Below, in pieces: positions 1 to 9,208 of a stretch of 52,753 bases of DNA. Position 1 is the first letter of the stretch. The number at the start of each line of letters is the position of its first letter. Where the stretch lies: contig JASMKV010000329.1 of NCBI GenBank assembly GCA_030749035.1, positions 1-52,753 on the forward strand. The letters are read 5' to 3'. The translations under genes and the position numbers were made by a program. The DNA comes from Myxococcota bacterium (GTDB lineage Bacteria; Myxococcota; XYA12-FULL-58-9; JASMKV01). The notes under the pieces were generated by a model. It saw only the letters and a list, made by a program, of their open reading frames with translations, was not told where the DNA came from and did no database searches.

Positions 1-2
1 AA

Positions 3-611
3 GGAAAAGCTATAGGCTGGTTTCAGGGACGTATGGAATTTGGACCCAGGGCTCTTGGGGGGCGCTCTATTTTGGCCGACCCTCGCTCTACGCGCATGCA
101 AAAAACACTCAATTTAAAAGTTAAATATCGAGAATCGTTTAGACCCTTTGCCCCGTCTGTTTTATACGAACACGTGAATGAATGGTTTGAGCTGAAAGGC
201 CCAAGTCCCTATATGCTTTTGGTTGCCGATGTTCACGAAAGCCGCCAAGTCAAAATGAATGCTGAAGAGGAAAAGCTCTTTGGCATCGAGAAATTAAACG
301 TTCCCCGATCTAGCGTCCCCGCAATCACGCACGTCGATTATTCTGCAAGAATTCAAACGGTCCACAGCGAAACAAATCCACTTTACCATAAGCTCATCAG
401 TGCCTTTAAAAAACACACCGGTTGCCCCATGCTGGTCAATACCAGTTTCAATATACGAGGAGAACCTATCGTCTGTACCCCCGAAGATGCATTTCATTGT
501 TTTATGGGTACAGAACTCGACCTCTTAGTCTGTGGAAACTGCGTGCTTGTCAAAGAAAATCAGACCGATAAAGCCAAAACCGACTACCGTGAACTCTTTG
601 ACTTGGACTAA
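3..611 (+). CDS. Carbamoyltransferase (NodU/CmcH family), C-terminal part; gene begins before the window
   Basis: Frame is open from position 3 (GKAIGWFQGRMEFGPRALGGRSILADPR). Also VKYRESFRPFAP, THVDYSARIQTV and LVNTSFNIRGEPIVCTPEDA, hallmark motifs of the Carbam_trans_C domain. Confidence 0.95.
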   Translation, partial: GKAIGWFQGRMEFGPRALGGRSILADPRSTRMQKTLNLKVKYRESFRPFAPSVLYEHVNEWFELKGPSPYMLLVADVHESRQVKMNAEEEKLFGIEKLNVPRSSVPAITHVDYSARIQTVHSETNPLYHKLISAFKKHTGCPMLVNTSFNIRGEPIVCTPEDAFHCFMGTELDLLVCGNCVLVKENQTDKAKTDYRELFDLD

Positions 612-612
612 T

Positions 613-1752
613 ATGATGAGAGAGAGCAATAGCCAGGAAATCCCTAATAAAAAAGTTCCGCATCTCCTTTTCAAGGAGATGTTACGCTTATCCGTGCAAA
701 CATGTGTCGAACAAAGTCATCAGACCATAGATGCACGAATGGTGGCCAAGCTTGAGCGACTGCTCAATACAAATCACACGGAACTCACACCACTCATTCC
801 ACTCATTTATAAAAAGATAAAAGGTCAGGAGCAGAATACGCCACTTTCTGAAAAACTCATTGCAAAAATGAAATATATTGCCCACCAAGCCATCGCCGTC
901 GACATGGAGAATCAGCAAGTCTTGTCTAATGTTTTCAATGAGTTCGCAAAAAACGACATTAAGGTCATACTCCTAAAATCCGCCGCCTTTTCTGGAACCA
1001 TATACAGTTCTGCTGCACCCCGGATTGGTGTCGACCTGGACATTTTGATACAACAACAAGACATCCAAAAAGCATTTGCAGTTATATCCCAAATTGCATC
1101 TCCCAAAGAAGTTCCTACACAAAGAGCCCACTCGCATCACACAAGCTTTGAACATTCCTTTATATTAAAGCCTCAAGAAAATACGGAAGTCATCATTGAA
1201 CTTCACACTGGTTTTTTTCATCAAGGTTTATTTAGCGAAATACCACATGCGTTTTGGCATCAAAGTGTTCCGCACCCTGCATATACACACGACAACGTAC
1301 GCATGCTATGTCCCGAACATAATCTTATTCATCTCGCCATCCACGCATTTGGCAACCTGTCCTATACACATCATAATGTTTTAGATGCCCATGAGTTGAT
1401 TAGCCAAAACGAAATTAACTGGCCCTTGCTCTATGAATGCGCTTCAACGATGCGCTCTCGTAAAGCTCTCTATGCATTGCTTACACACAGCATCTCCCTC
1501 TTTGGAACGAGCGTTTCAATGGCCCCTGAAACACCGCTTAAACTCAAGGGAAGAAATACCGTGTCCATTAAAATCGCAAGCGGTCTTCCTGACAAGCTCA
1601 ATCTGCCATTTAAGGGCCTTTCATATCGTCTGATGCAACTCCTTATTTGGCCAATTATGTGTGACCGCACAGTAGACTTTCTGCTCTTTCAGAAAGACTA
1701 TTTTAACAAGAGAAAACAAGACTTATGGCAATGCAAATCATCAAAAGAGTGA
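613..1752 (+). CDS. Nucleotidyltransferase family protein (NTP_transf_5-like)
   Basis: ILLKS...Y...R..VDLDILI (DxD), IELH and PEHNLIHLAIH motifs match this family. ATG at 613 follows the upstream TAA (609-611) by 1 nt, so it is preferred over 532. Confidence 0.8.
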   Translation: MMRESNSQEIPNKKVPHLLFKEMLRLSVQTCVEQSHQTIDARMVAKLERLLNTNHTELTPLIPLIYKKIKGQEQNTPLSEKLIAKMKYIAHQAIAVDMENQQVLSNVFNEFAKNDIKVILLKSAAFSGTIYSSAAPRIGVDLDILIQQQDIQKAFAVISQIASPKEVPTQRAHSHHTSFEHSFILKPQENTEVIIELHTGFFHQGLFSEIPHAFWHQSVPHPAYTHDNVRMLCPEHNLIHLAIHAFGNLSYTHHNVLDAHELISQNEINWPLLYECASTMRSRKALYALLTHSISLFGTSVSMAPETPLKLKGRNTVSIKIASGLPDKLNLPFKGLSYRLMQLLIWPIMCDRTVDFLLFQKDYFNKRKQDLWQCKSSKE

Positions 1753-2136
1753 TTTAAACCCGGCACCATCATAAAATACGGATCTTTTGTCGTCCTGTCT
1801 CAGCATCGCTCGAACATATTCTGCGAGAGAGCATCGATCTCGGTATTTAACATTGGCAAGGTGTCCGCCTATAAAGGTCTCTTCATTCTCTCCTGTATTT
1901 CGTCGTTCTGACTCAAGGGCTAAGGAAAAACTTTTATCTGAAAGGCTAAAGGATAGCGTCAATACTGATTTTCCCTCAGGCGCTTGTTCAGCAGACAAGT
2001 AAACCCCAAAACCAGATAAGCTGATATTCCCCTGAAAAACAGAATACTGTTGCCCCGAATCATCCTCCAAGAGACTGCCTTCGGGAAGCGGCACACGTGG
2101 ACAAACACGCTGGTTCTGGCGAAGGTCCTCTTCCAT
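1741..2136 (-). CDS. Stand-alone PilZ domain protein (putative c-di-GMP receptor)
   Basis: N-terminal QRVCPR (RxxxR) and NISLSG (D/NxSxxG) motifs at the expected spacing; 131 aa. Confidence 0.8.
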   Translation of the reverse strand: MEEDLRQNQRVCPRVPLPEGSLLEDDSGQQYSVFQGNISLSGFGVYLSAEQAPEGKSVLTLSFSLSDKSFSLALESERRNTGENEETFIGGHLANVKYRDRCSLAEYVRAMLRQDDKRSVFYDGAGFKSLF

Positions 2137-2213
2137 ATCCTATCATAACCCCCTTGCACTTTTTTTTACAAGCTGTTCTTATTGTTGTTATAAGTGAAGG
2201 AATTAAAAAGAAA

Positions 2214-3656
2214 ATGCTTGCCAATCCTGAATCACCTAGCCTGCCAAATCGGCCCAATCAAGTTTTCGTCTCTCGTAACTTAAGACTCGATCAAATCTCG
2301 ATCATTGGATTTGACATGGATTATACGCTGGCCAGATATCACCGAAAACATCTTGAAACACTTGCCCATCGTATTACTTTGGATAAACTTCTCAAAAGAG
2401 GTTATCCTGACGCCATCAAAAGCATCAAGTATGATCCCGATTTTGTCATCAGAGGATTGACCGTCGACAAACAACTGGGCAACATTCTTAAGCTCGACCG
2501 ACATTCTCATGTCGGGCATGTCTTTCACGGCAGACGTAAACTCACGAACGAAGAACGTCGCAAAGTTTATCGCAGTGAAAAAATTCATTTTGAACCACCT
2601 CGCTTTGCAACGGTCGACACACTCTTTTCACTACCTGAGATGTGTCTTTATGCAGATTTGGTTGATTTTTTTGAGCAATATGACGGCCCAAAAATAGACA
2701 ACTGGCAACTTTTTGTCGACACACGTGAATGTATTGACGAGGCACATAAAGATAATTCTTTAAAATCCATCGTGACTGCAGATCTTCCCCATTATGTCGA
2801 AAAAGAACCCATGCTGGCCAAAACTCTGCATAAGCTGCGCTCATCAGGCAAAAAACTATTCTTGCTGACCAACTCTTATTATAAATACACTGACAAGCTC
2901 ATGTCTTACCTTTTAAACGATGAGTTAAGCGAGTATCCTGCATGGCAGGCCTATTTTGATGTTGTCATTGTCGGCGCATCGAAGCCTGGGTTTTTCACAA
3001 AAAATGAACCCTTTGCCAAGCTTGATGAGGATGGGACAATTATCGAGCGGCCAATCAAGAAATTTGAACGCAGTGGCCTTTATCAAGGCGGCAACAGGAA
3101 ATCCTTTGAAAAATTCGTGCGCTATAGTGGCGAAGAGATTCTCTATGTCGGTGACCATATCTATGGTGATATTTTGCGCTCCAAAAAGGCTTCTTTGTGG
3201 CGCACTGCATTGGTCGTCGAAGAACTCGAAGACGAAATCACAATAATTTCTGAAAACACCGATTTGATTTCAAAAATCAATCTTCTCGAGAAAGAACGAC
3301 GCGAACTTGATGCCCTGGCAAATTTACAACGACAAGAATTATCAAGCATGGAAAAAGCAGAGGAAAAAACTCAAGAAACATCGGTTTACAGTCGACTAAA
3401 AAAGGATCGCGACCGCATAAAAAGACAACTCCGACAAGTGTCCAAGCGCATTAATACTTTGGAGACACAGCTGGAACAACAATTCAATAAAAATTGGGGT
3501 CTGGTCTTTAAGGAGGGGCAAGAGACAAGTCGCTTTGGCAAACAAGTTAACGATTATGCATGTCTTTATACCAGTAGAGTAACTAACTTTTTTGGCTATT
3601 CTAATTATCAATATTTCAGAGGGGCGCCAGAGCTGCTTCCCCACGAGCAAACGTAA
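2214..3656 (+). CDS. HAD-IG family IMP/GMP-specific 5'-nucleotidase (cN-II type)
   Basis: VFVSRNL, GFDMDYTLARY (motif I), LFLLTNS, KPGFF, YVGDHIYGDIL, coiled-coil insert and YACLYTSRVTNF. ATG 2214 is preferred because the 2097 start overlaps the divergent PilZ gene. Confidence 0.93.
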   Translation: MLANPESPSLPNRPNQVFVSRNLRLDQISIIGFDMDYTLARYHRKHLETLAHRITLDKLLKRGYPDAIKSIKYDPDFVIRGLTVDKQLGNILKLDRHSHVGHVFHGRRKLTNEERRKVYRSEKIHFEPPRFATVDTLFSLPEMCLYADLVDFFEQYDGPKIDNWQLFVDTRECIDEAHKDNSLKSIVTADLPHYVEKEPMLAKTLHKLRSSGKKLFLLTNSYYKYTDKLMSYLLNDELSEYPAWQAYFDVVIVGASKPGFFTKNEPFAKLDEDGTIIERPIKKFERSGLYQGGNRKSFEKFVRYSGEEILYVGDHIYGDILRSKKASLWRTALVVEELEDEITIISENTDLISKINLLEKERRELDALANLQRQELSSMEKAEEKTQETSVYSRLKKDRDRIKRQLRQVSKRINTLETQLEQQFNKNWGLVFKEGQETSRFGKQVNDYACLYTSRVTNFFGYSNYQYFRGAPELLPHEQT

Positions 3657-3678
3657 AAGACATCGCAAGTGACACGGC

Positions 3679-5223
3679 CTAAACGCCCCGTATGTTTTCT
3701 ATCTCAACCATACGCAGATATTTCGCTCGCCGCATCCAGTTTTGTTGATCTGGGAAATCCGCTACTGGTTGCGGGTCCCCTGTTTTTAGACCAAAAGAGC
3801 GCATGCCTTGTGCTAAATCGGCAATACTGTCATCCAGGGTTTCACCTGAACGATGCGAAACAATACATTCGAGACCATGCTCCTGCGCATGATTCATAAC
3901 CTCAATCGTACCGAGCATATTACCATTTTGATTAACCTTAATCAAAATAGCGGAGGCCGATTTTTCATTCACACCACGCCTGAGCCGTGTCATCTGTGTC
4001 ACAAAAAGGTCATCACCGATACTCAAGATTTCTCTTTTAGAAAGTTCTGCACTTAAAGCGGGCCACGAAGCCCAATCGTTCTCACCTAAGCCATCTTCAA
4101 TAGAAACAATTTTTCCCGGATAATCATCCGCCAGAGACACATAATAGTCTATCATGCTCTGAGCGGAAACTTGCTTACCTTGAAATGCGTACTTACCGGA
4201 GTCCACATCGTAAAAAGAGCTTGCAGCCACATCCAAGGCGAGCTGCACATCTTGACCTGGAATAAAACCCGCATCCTCGATCGCCTGCATGACATACTTA
4301 ATCGCGCGACGACTTTCCCCTAAACCTTTGACCGAAAAACCTGCTTCGTCAGCTCTCATGATATCATCGGGGGAAAAATCTTTATATAAGAGGTTTTTGA
4401 GCGCCTGGTCGATGGCGTCACCCATTTCTAATGCCTCTTGATAAGAAGATGCCGAACGTGGGACAATCATCACCTCTTGAATATCAATGCGATCTCGACC
4501 AAGTGCTTCACCATCACGCAAAGCGTGCAAGCCACCATTGAATATATTCATAAAAAATCGAACTGGACGCTTAGATTGTGAGGTCGAACAATGCTTAGAA
4601 ATATACGCACACAATTCCTGGCCTTGTAGCTTGGCTGCCATTCGCCACAGTGCCCTGGAGACAGGTACAGTCGCGTTGGCACCCAAATCGACATAATTTG
4701 GACCAGCCATTTTGGCTATCGCTTGCTCCAGCTGAATCAAATTTTGATGCACTGACAAATCGACATCAAGATCTCTGATGAGCGGTAAAATTTTGTTCTC
4801 AATATTGGCCAAAGCAACACTGGACTCGACTGTATTCGCCTCATCCTCACCTGTTGATGCACCCGCAGGTACATCACCAAACACTTTGAACTCCCCCAGC
4901 TTTAAAAATACAGATACGGTATCTCGCCCACGCGAATCTTGAGCCAGCGTTGCCTCTAATTGTATCGCCGAACTCATCGATTGCACCTGCGTTTTATTGG
5001 CTTCGCCAATTCGAAAATTGAGCAAATTACCTTTTTGTTTAATACCTGCATGAAAATCAGGTGCGCGTTTTTCTAAACCCGCACCTAACGAACCACCACG
5101 TACAACTTGGTCGTCACTGAAAGCATCGGTACGACGACGTTTTTTACGTGTCTTCTTATACGATTTGTTTTGAAAATCAGGAGAATCTGGACTTTCACCA
5201 TCCCCATAGGTCGGTCCCCCCAT
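3679..5223 (-). CDS. eno: Enolase (phosphopyruvate hydratase), divergent; start at 5223 (with ~82-aa extension) or 4977
   Basis: DSRG, GASTG, LGANA, NGGLHA, QEVMI, DEAGF, ALDVAAS, SIEDG, GDDLFVT, ILIKVNQ, SHRSGET and KTG: the catalytic and Mg-binding residues are recognisable. Confidence 0.88.
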   Translation of the reverse strand: MGGPTYGDGESPDSPDFQNKSYKKTRKKRRRTDAFSDDQVVRGGSLGAGLEKRAPDFHAGIKQKGNLLNFRIGEANKTQVQSMSSAIQLEATLAQDSRGRDTVSVFLKLGEFKVFGDVPAGASTGEDEANTVESSVALANIENKILPLIRDLDVDLSVHQNLIQLEQAIAKMAGPNYVDLGANATVPVSRALWRMAAKLQGQELCAYISKHCSTSQSKRPVRFFMNIFNGGLHALRDGEALGRDRIDIQEVMIVPRSASSYQEALEMGDAIDQALKNLLYKDFSPDDIMRADEAGFSVKGLGESRRAIKYVMQAIEDAGFIPGQDVQLALDVAASSFYDVDSGKYAFQGKQVSAQSMIDYYVSLADDYPGKIVSIEDGLGENDWASWPALSAELSKREILSIGDDLFVTQMTRLRRGVNEKSASAILIKVNQNGNMLGTIEVMNHAQEHGLECIVSHRSGETLDDSIADLAQGMRSFGLKTGDPQPVADFPDQQNWMRRAKYLRMVEIENIRGV

Positions 5224-5226
5224 CCT

Positions 5227-7152
5227 CTACTCTACTTCTTCTTGTTCCGAATTTTCGGTTTCGGGAGCGGGTGCAGGGACTCCTGACTCTAAAGACTCAT
5301 CCTCAAGCGCCTGCATTTCTTCTGCGCTTAAATCTTCTTCGCTCGTTTCTTCTTCCGATGTTTTTTCAGCCTCTTGGTTGTCTGTATTTTCCAACGCAGC
5401 CTCATCGTTCTGGCGGCTGAATGAATCCAATGTCACCAAAGCCGAATCACCACGATCCTCCTTCGCGCTGTCTGCGATCGGGGCTCGCCCCGACTTAGGC
5501 ACGCCTCGCTGAGGAATGCGGGACTTTGTAGAAGACTTTTCGGCTTTACGTGCAAGGACCTCGCGTCCCATAGCATCTTGCATATACGCGAGGATCTTCA
5601 TTAAAGTTTGACCATATCGGTTTCGAAAAAAAGTTTTGAGTTCATCATCGTCTCCAGCACCCCAAAGTAAAAGCTTTAAATAAAGTTCTTCGGCTTGTGG
5701 CAGCTGCCCTTCATTGACCCGCATTTGAGCTTGCTTTTTGACATCAGAAACCCAAGTGGCAATCGATTCATCTAAGGCCAGTGATATCTTTTTTGTCAAC
5801 GCTTCAGTCGCTTCTTGCATCAACTCCTCTAAAGGCCTTACCTCAACAGTGTCTTCAGGTAAAAGAAGCCCTTGCTTTTCTGCTCGAGGGTGCCCACTAT
5901 CTTTAGATTCACGCACCACATCAAAGGGCTCCTGACTCTTGATGGCCCCTGCTATTTTTAACTGACCTCGAAAAGCGACCTGGCGCGTGATGGTTGTTTC
6001 TTCGTATTTTAAGACCTTGTCATCGGGAAGCTCTTCTTTAATCGGTCGCCGTTTTTCAATCTTCCTTATTTTTTCAACTTTTCGCTTCTTTGTGACCGGG
6101 ATGCGCTCCTCTATTTTTTCAACCCACTCTCTGCAGCCTCTAGGTTGCCCTGGTCGAGGTGCACAATCACGTCGTTTTTCATTGCGAACCCTGACTTCCT
6201 CAACGGTATACTCTTCAATTTCCGTGTAAGGCTCTTCAACATAATAGATCTCTTCGGTCTTAATATTGACCCCTGGCAGTGGCTTTGCCGCTTCAACAAC
6301 ATCTTTATCATCAACAATTTTAGCCTCAGCAATGTCCACGAGGACTTGCAATTGCTTTGTGCCACTCTCACAATTTTGCCGTAACCCCGCAACTGATTTC
6401 TTAATATTGCCGTTCAACACAGAAACAAGATCACCTGATTTACCCTTTTTGACCTTAATTTGAATTAAGGGCTCAGAAAAACAAGACGGAGAAGTAAATC
6501 GTTTCCAGCTGCTTTGCACACGACTCGGCTTGACTTGCCCCCCTAAGCGCTTAGCTAAAGCAAGCTGTACAGAAGCTGTTCCATTCATGCCGCGCTGACG
6601 AAATTCTTTGGCCAAACGCAAATAGTGTCGAACAGCCTTCGCCTGCACTTCATCGGCCCAAGCCTCACGTGAACTTATACCTGGAGAGGCATCAACAATG
6701 CGTTGACTTAAGCCCACAGCGCGCAGGTAATGTCCCATTTTCATCCATTCACCAACTTTTTCTTCGGCCAACTGTGCTGATTTGGTGATAAGACGGTCAA
6801 TTTTTCTCACCAAATCAACGTCCTCAAGATCGAGCGGCATCCGGCGAGCTTGAAGGCCATATTTTAAAGCCGTCGGGTAATATCCCTCGGAAAGCTTGTT
6901 CTGAGCCTGGTTAATTTTTTCCAGTACTGCGGCTCGGCGTGTACGACGCACTCTGCTCCAGGCCAATTTATCATCGGGAAATTCGCGCAGAGCCTGCTCA
7001 TAGGACTCAATCGCCTTGGTATAATCTTTCTGCTTAAAGAAAATGTCGCCTTTAGCGATATGTTGACTTCCCGCACAGGCCGTCAATACCATGGTCAACA
7101 CCAAGCAAAAGCCCAACACCGTGAACGGCGATTTTTTTATCATTTCGGCCAC
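5227..7152 (-). CDS. TPR-containing lipoprotein, unknown function
   Basis: Basic N-terminus, hydrophobic stretch and lipobox LTAC; N-terminal TPR (GDIFFKQKDYTKAIESYEQALREFPDD); acidic C-terminal tail. The start may be ATG 7143. Confidence 0.75.
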   Translation of the reverse strand: MAEMIKKSPFTVLGFCLVLTMVLTACAGSQHIAKGDIFFKQKDYTKAIESYEQALREFPDDKLAWSRVRRTRRAAVLEKINQAQNKLSEGYYPTALKYGLQARRMPLDLEDVDLVRKIDRLITKSAQLAEEKVGEWMKMGHYLRAVGLSQRIVDASPGISSREAWADEVQAKAVRHYLRLAKEFRQRGMNGTASVQLALAKRLGGQVKPSRVQSSWKRFTSPSCFSEPLIQIKVKKGKSGDLVSVLNGNIKKSVAGLRQNCESGTKQLQVLVDIAEAKIVDDKDVVEAAKPLPGVNIKTEEIYYVEEPYTEIEEYTVEEVRVRNEKRRDCAPRPGQPRGCREWVEKIEERIPVTKKRKVEKIRKIEKRRPIKEELPDDKVLKYEETTITRQVAFRGQLKIAGAIKSQEPFDVVRESKDSGHPRAEKQGLLLPEDTVEVRPLEELMQEATEALTKKISLALDESIATWVSDVKKQAQMRVNEGQLPQAEELYLKLLLWGAGDDDELKTFFRNRYGQTLMKILAYMQDAMGREVLARKAEKSSTKSRIPQRGVPKSGRAPIADSAKEDRGDSALVTLDSFSRQNDEAALENTDNQEAEKTSEEETSEEDLSAEEMQALEDESLESGVPAPAPETENSEQEEVE

Positions 7153-7228
7153 AACAAAACCCTACCTTGCGCCGTGTGATAGCCAGCAAAAACCGATATG
7201 TCAACAATATCAGAGGGAAAGCAACGGG

Positions 7229-8176
7229 TTAGAGAGGATTCGCCTCCAGCCAGCGCTCCGCATCGATCGCCGCCTTACAACCGCTCCCCGCAGCCGTAAC
7301 TGCCTGACGATAAACGGAATCTTGCACATCTCCACAAGCAAAAAGGCCATCGATATTCGTATAGGTGGAACTCGCTTGGGTCACAATATAGCCCTTTTCA
7401 TCCAGATCGACTTGGCCGCTAAAAACGGCAGTATTAGGCGTATGCCCAATGGCAACAAAGACCCCTGCCACATCCTTTTGACTCACATCACCCGTTTCGA
7501 GCATTTTAATCTTTACAGATTCAACCTGCTCGTCACCACATATCTCTTCAATCACTGCCGGTACGATAAATTCGATCTTTTCATGCGCACGGGCGCGCTC
7601 AAGCATAATTTTCGATGCTCTAAACACATCGCGGCGATGTACAAGCCAAACTTTTGCAGCAAAACGGGTCAGAAAAAGGGCTTCCTCCATAGCTGAATCC
7701 CCACCGCCAACCACAATAAGCTCCTGATTGCGAAACATGGGTAAAGCACCATCGCAAGTCGCACAAGCTGAAACTCCACGATTCATAAACGCCTTTTCAC
7801 TTTCAAGACCAATATAACGTGCCGAGGCCCCTGTCGCGACGATGACCGCTTTGGAGAAGTACTCTTTCCCCCCCGAGATAACCTTGAATGGCCGAGTGCT
7901 CAAATCCACTTCATCAACATCCTGTGTCAATATACGGGTTTCAAACCGCAGCGATTGGTTACGAAAATGGTCCATCATCTCAGGACCGGTCACACCTTGA
8001 GGAAACCCTGGATAGTTCTCAACTTCGGTCGTAATCATCAATTGGCCTCCGGGGACCCCACCTGCACAAAAGCCTTCAAACATGAGCGGCTTCAAATTAG
8101 CCCGGGCAGAGTAAATTGCTGCTGTATGCCCGGCAGGGCCTGAACCAATGATAATAATATTTTCGACTTCCGACAT
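7229..8176 (-). CDS. trxB: Thioredoxin-disulfide reductase
   Basis: IIGSGPAGHTAAIY, GGQLMITTEVENYPGF, CATCDG redox motif, GGGDSAMEEA, YRQAVTAAGSGCKAA. ATG 8176 has GGAG/AAGG upstream. Confidence 0.97.
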   Translation of the reverse strand: MSEVENIIIIGSGPAGHTAAIYSARANLKPLMFEGFCAGGVPGGQLMITTEVENYPGFPQGVTGPEMMDHFRNQSLRFETRILTQDVDEVDLSTRPFKVISGGKEYFSKAVIVATGASARYIGLESEKAFMNRGVSACATCDGALPMFRNQELIVVGGGDSAMEEALFLTRFAAKVWLVHRRDVFRASKIMLERARAHEKIEFIVPAVIEEICGDEQVESVKIKMLETGDVSQKDVAGVFVAIGHTPNTAVFSGQVDLDEKGYIVTQASSTYTNIDGLFACGDVQDSVYRQAVTAAGSGCKAAIDAERWLEANPL

Positions 8177-8386
8177 CCTTGTTTCTCCATTGAAGATGAT
8201 TAAAACATGCCTCGTAGCGCAACCATGTTCCACCACAAGACCGGCCCGAATAAAAGTAAAAAACACCAAGGGAACTCCATTTCCCCCGCATTGCACAAAA
8301 GGATCTTGATATCGACGCCATGATAAGTGGCAGGTTCTACCAATACGTACTGGAGTATCACCACCACTATCGTATAAGGTGAACTC

Positions 8387-9196
8387 GTGTTTGATGATCG
8401 TCCCATTGGTATTTTTGATTCAGGACTCGGCGGACTTACTGTGGCGGCTGCGCTCAACCGCCAGCTTCCCGACGAATCGCTCTGTTATTTGGGCGATACC
8501 GCACGCGTCCCCTACGGCAATAAATCAGCCCATGTCGTCAAAAGCTATACCCACCACTGTGCGCGCTTTCTTCAGAACAAAGATGTCAAATTGATTGTTG
8601 TCGCCTGCAACACCGCCAGTGCCTATGGGCTCGAGCATTTACGTCAAACCTTTAATGTCCCTGTTGTCGGTGTTGTCCATGCGGGTGCTGAGCTCGCGAT
8701 ACAAACTTCTTCGACAAAAAAAATTGGTGTCATTGGTACCCGAGCCACTGTTCAAAGTCAGCGCTACGCGGAAATCCTTCGCGAATTAGACCAGACAAGT
8801 CAGTGCAAAGCCATCGCTTGCCCGCTTTTGGTACCCTTAGCCGAGGAGGGCATGGTTGACCATCCGATGACTGAGGCACTCTTGCGGGAGTATTTAAATG
8901 ATTTTTCAGATTACCCCATGGATACCCTTATCTTAGGATGCACCCATTATCCTCTTTTTGAAAAAACCATCACCAAGCTTGTCGGTAAAGATGTCCAAGT
9001 CATCAACAGCGCTCCGGCTGTCGCGCAAAGCGTCATGGCAAATCTCTCCGAGCGCCATCTTATGTGCCCAGACAAGAGTGGTCAAAAACACGAATTCTAT
9101 GTCACCGATTCAGCCGAGGAGTTTGCGCGTGTTGGCGAACGCTTCTGGGGCCAACCGCTCGAAAACATCACGCATGTGGACTTACAAATAAGTTAA
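8387..9196 (+). CDS. murI: Glutamate racemase
   Basis: IGIFDSGLGGLTV, DTARVPYG, VACNTAS and LGCTHYP (both catalytic Cys). AAGGTG precedes the GTG start. Confidence 0.97.
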   Translation: MFDDRPIGIFDSGLGGLTVAAALNRQLPDESLCYLGDTARVPYGNKSAHVVKSYTHHCARFLQNKDVKLIVVACNTASAYGLEHLRQTFNVPVVGVVHAGAELAIQTSSTKKIGVIGTRATVQSQRYAEILRELDQTSQCKAIACPLLVPLAEEGMVDHPMTEALLREYLNDFSDYPMDTLILGCTHYPLFEKTITKLVGKDVQVINSAPAVAQSVMANLSERHLMCPDKSGQKHEFYVTDSAEEFARVGERFWGQPLENITHVDLQIS

Positions 9197-9208
9197 CCGG
9201 CATTCATC

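Noticed and set aside
532-612. ORF-track N-terminal extensions (here, and 2097-2213, 8177-8296, 22478-22528, 36050-36091)
   Set aside because: They overlap neighbours or lack family similarity; downstream ATGs with better RBS, signal peptide or domain boundaries were chosen.
613-1752. Nucleotidyltransferase as evidence of a lasso-peptide or CBASS locus
   Set aside because: No precursor, cyclase, B protein, or CD-NTase effector/Cap genes are visible in the window.
7091-7696. 201-aa ORF antisense to trxB
   Set aside because: Overlaps two well-supported minus-strand genes; no motifs.
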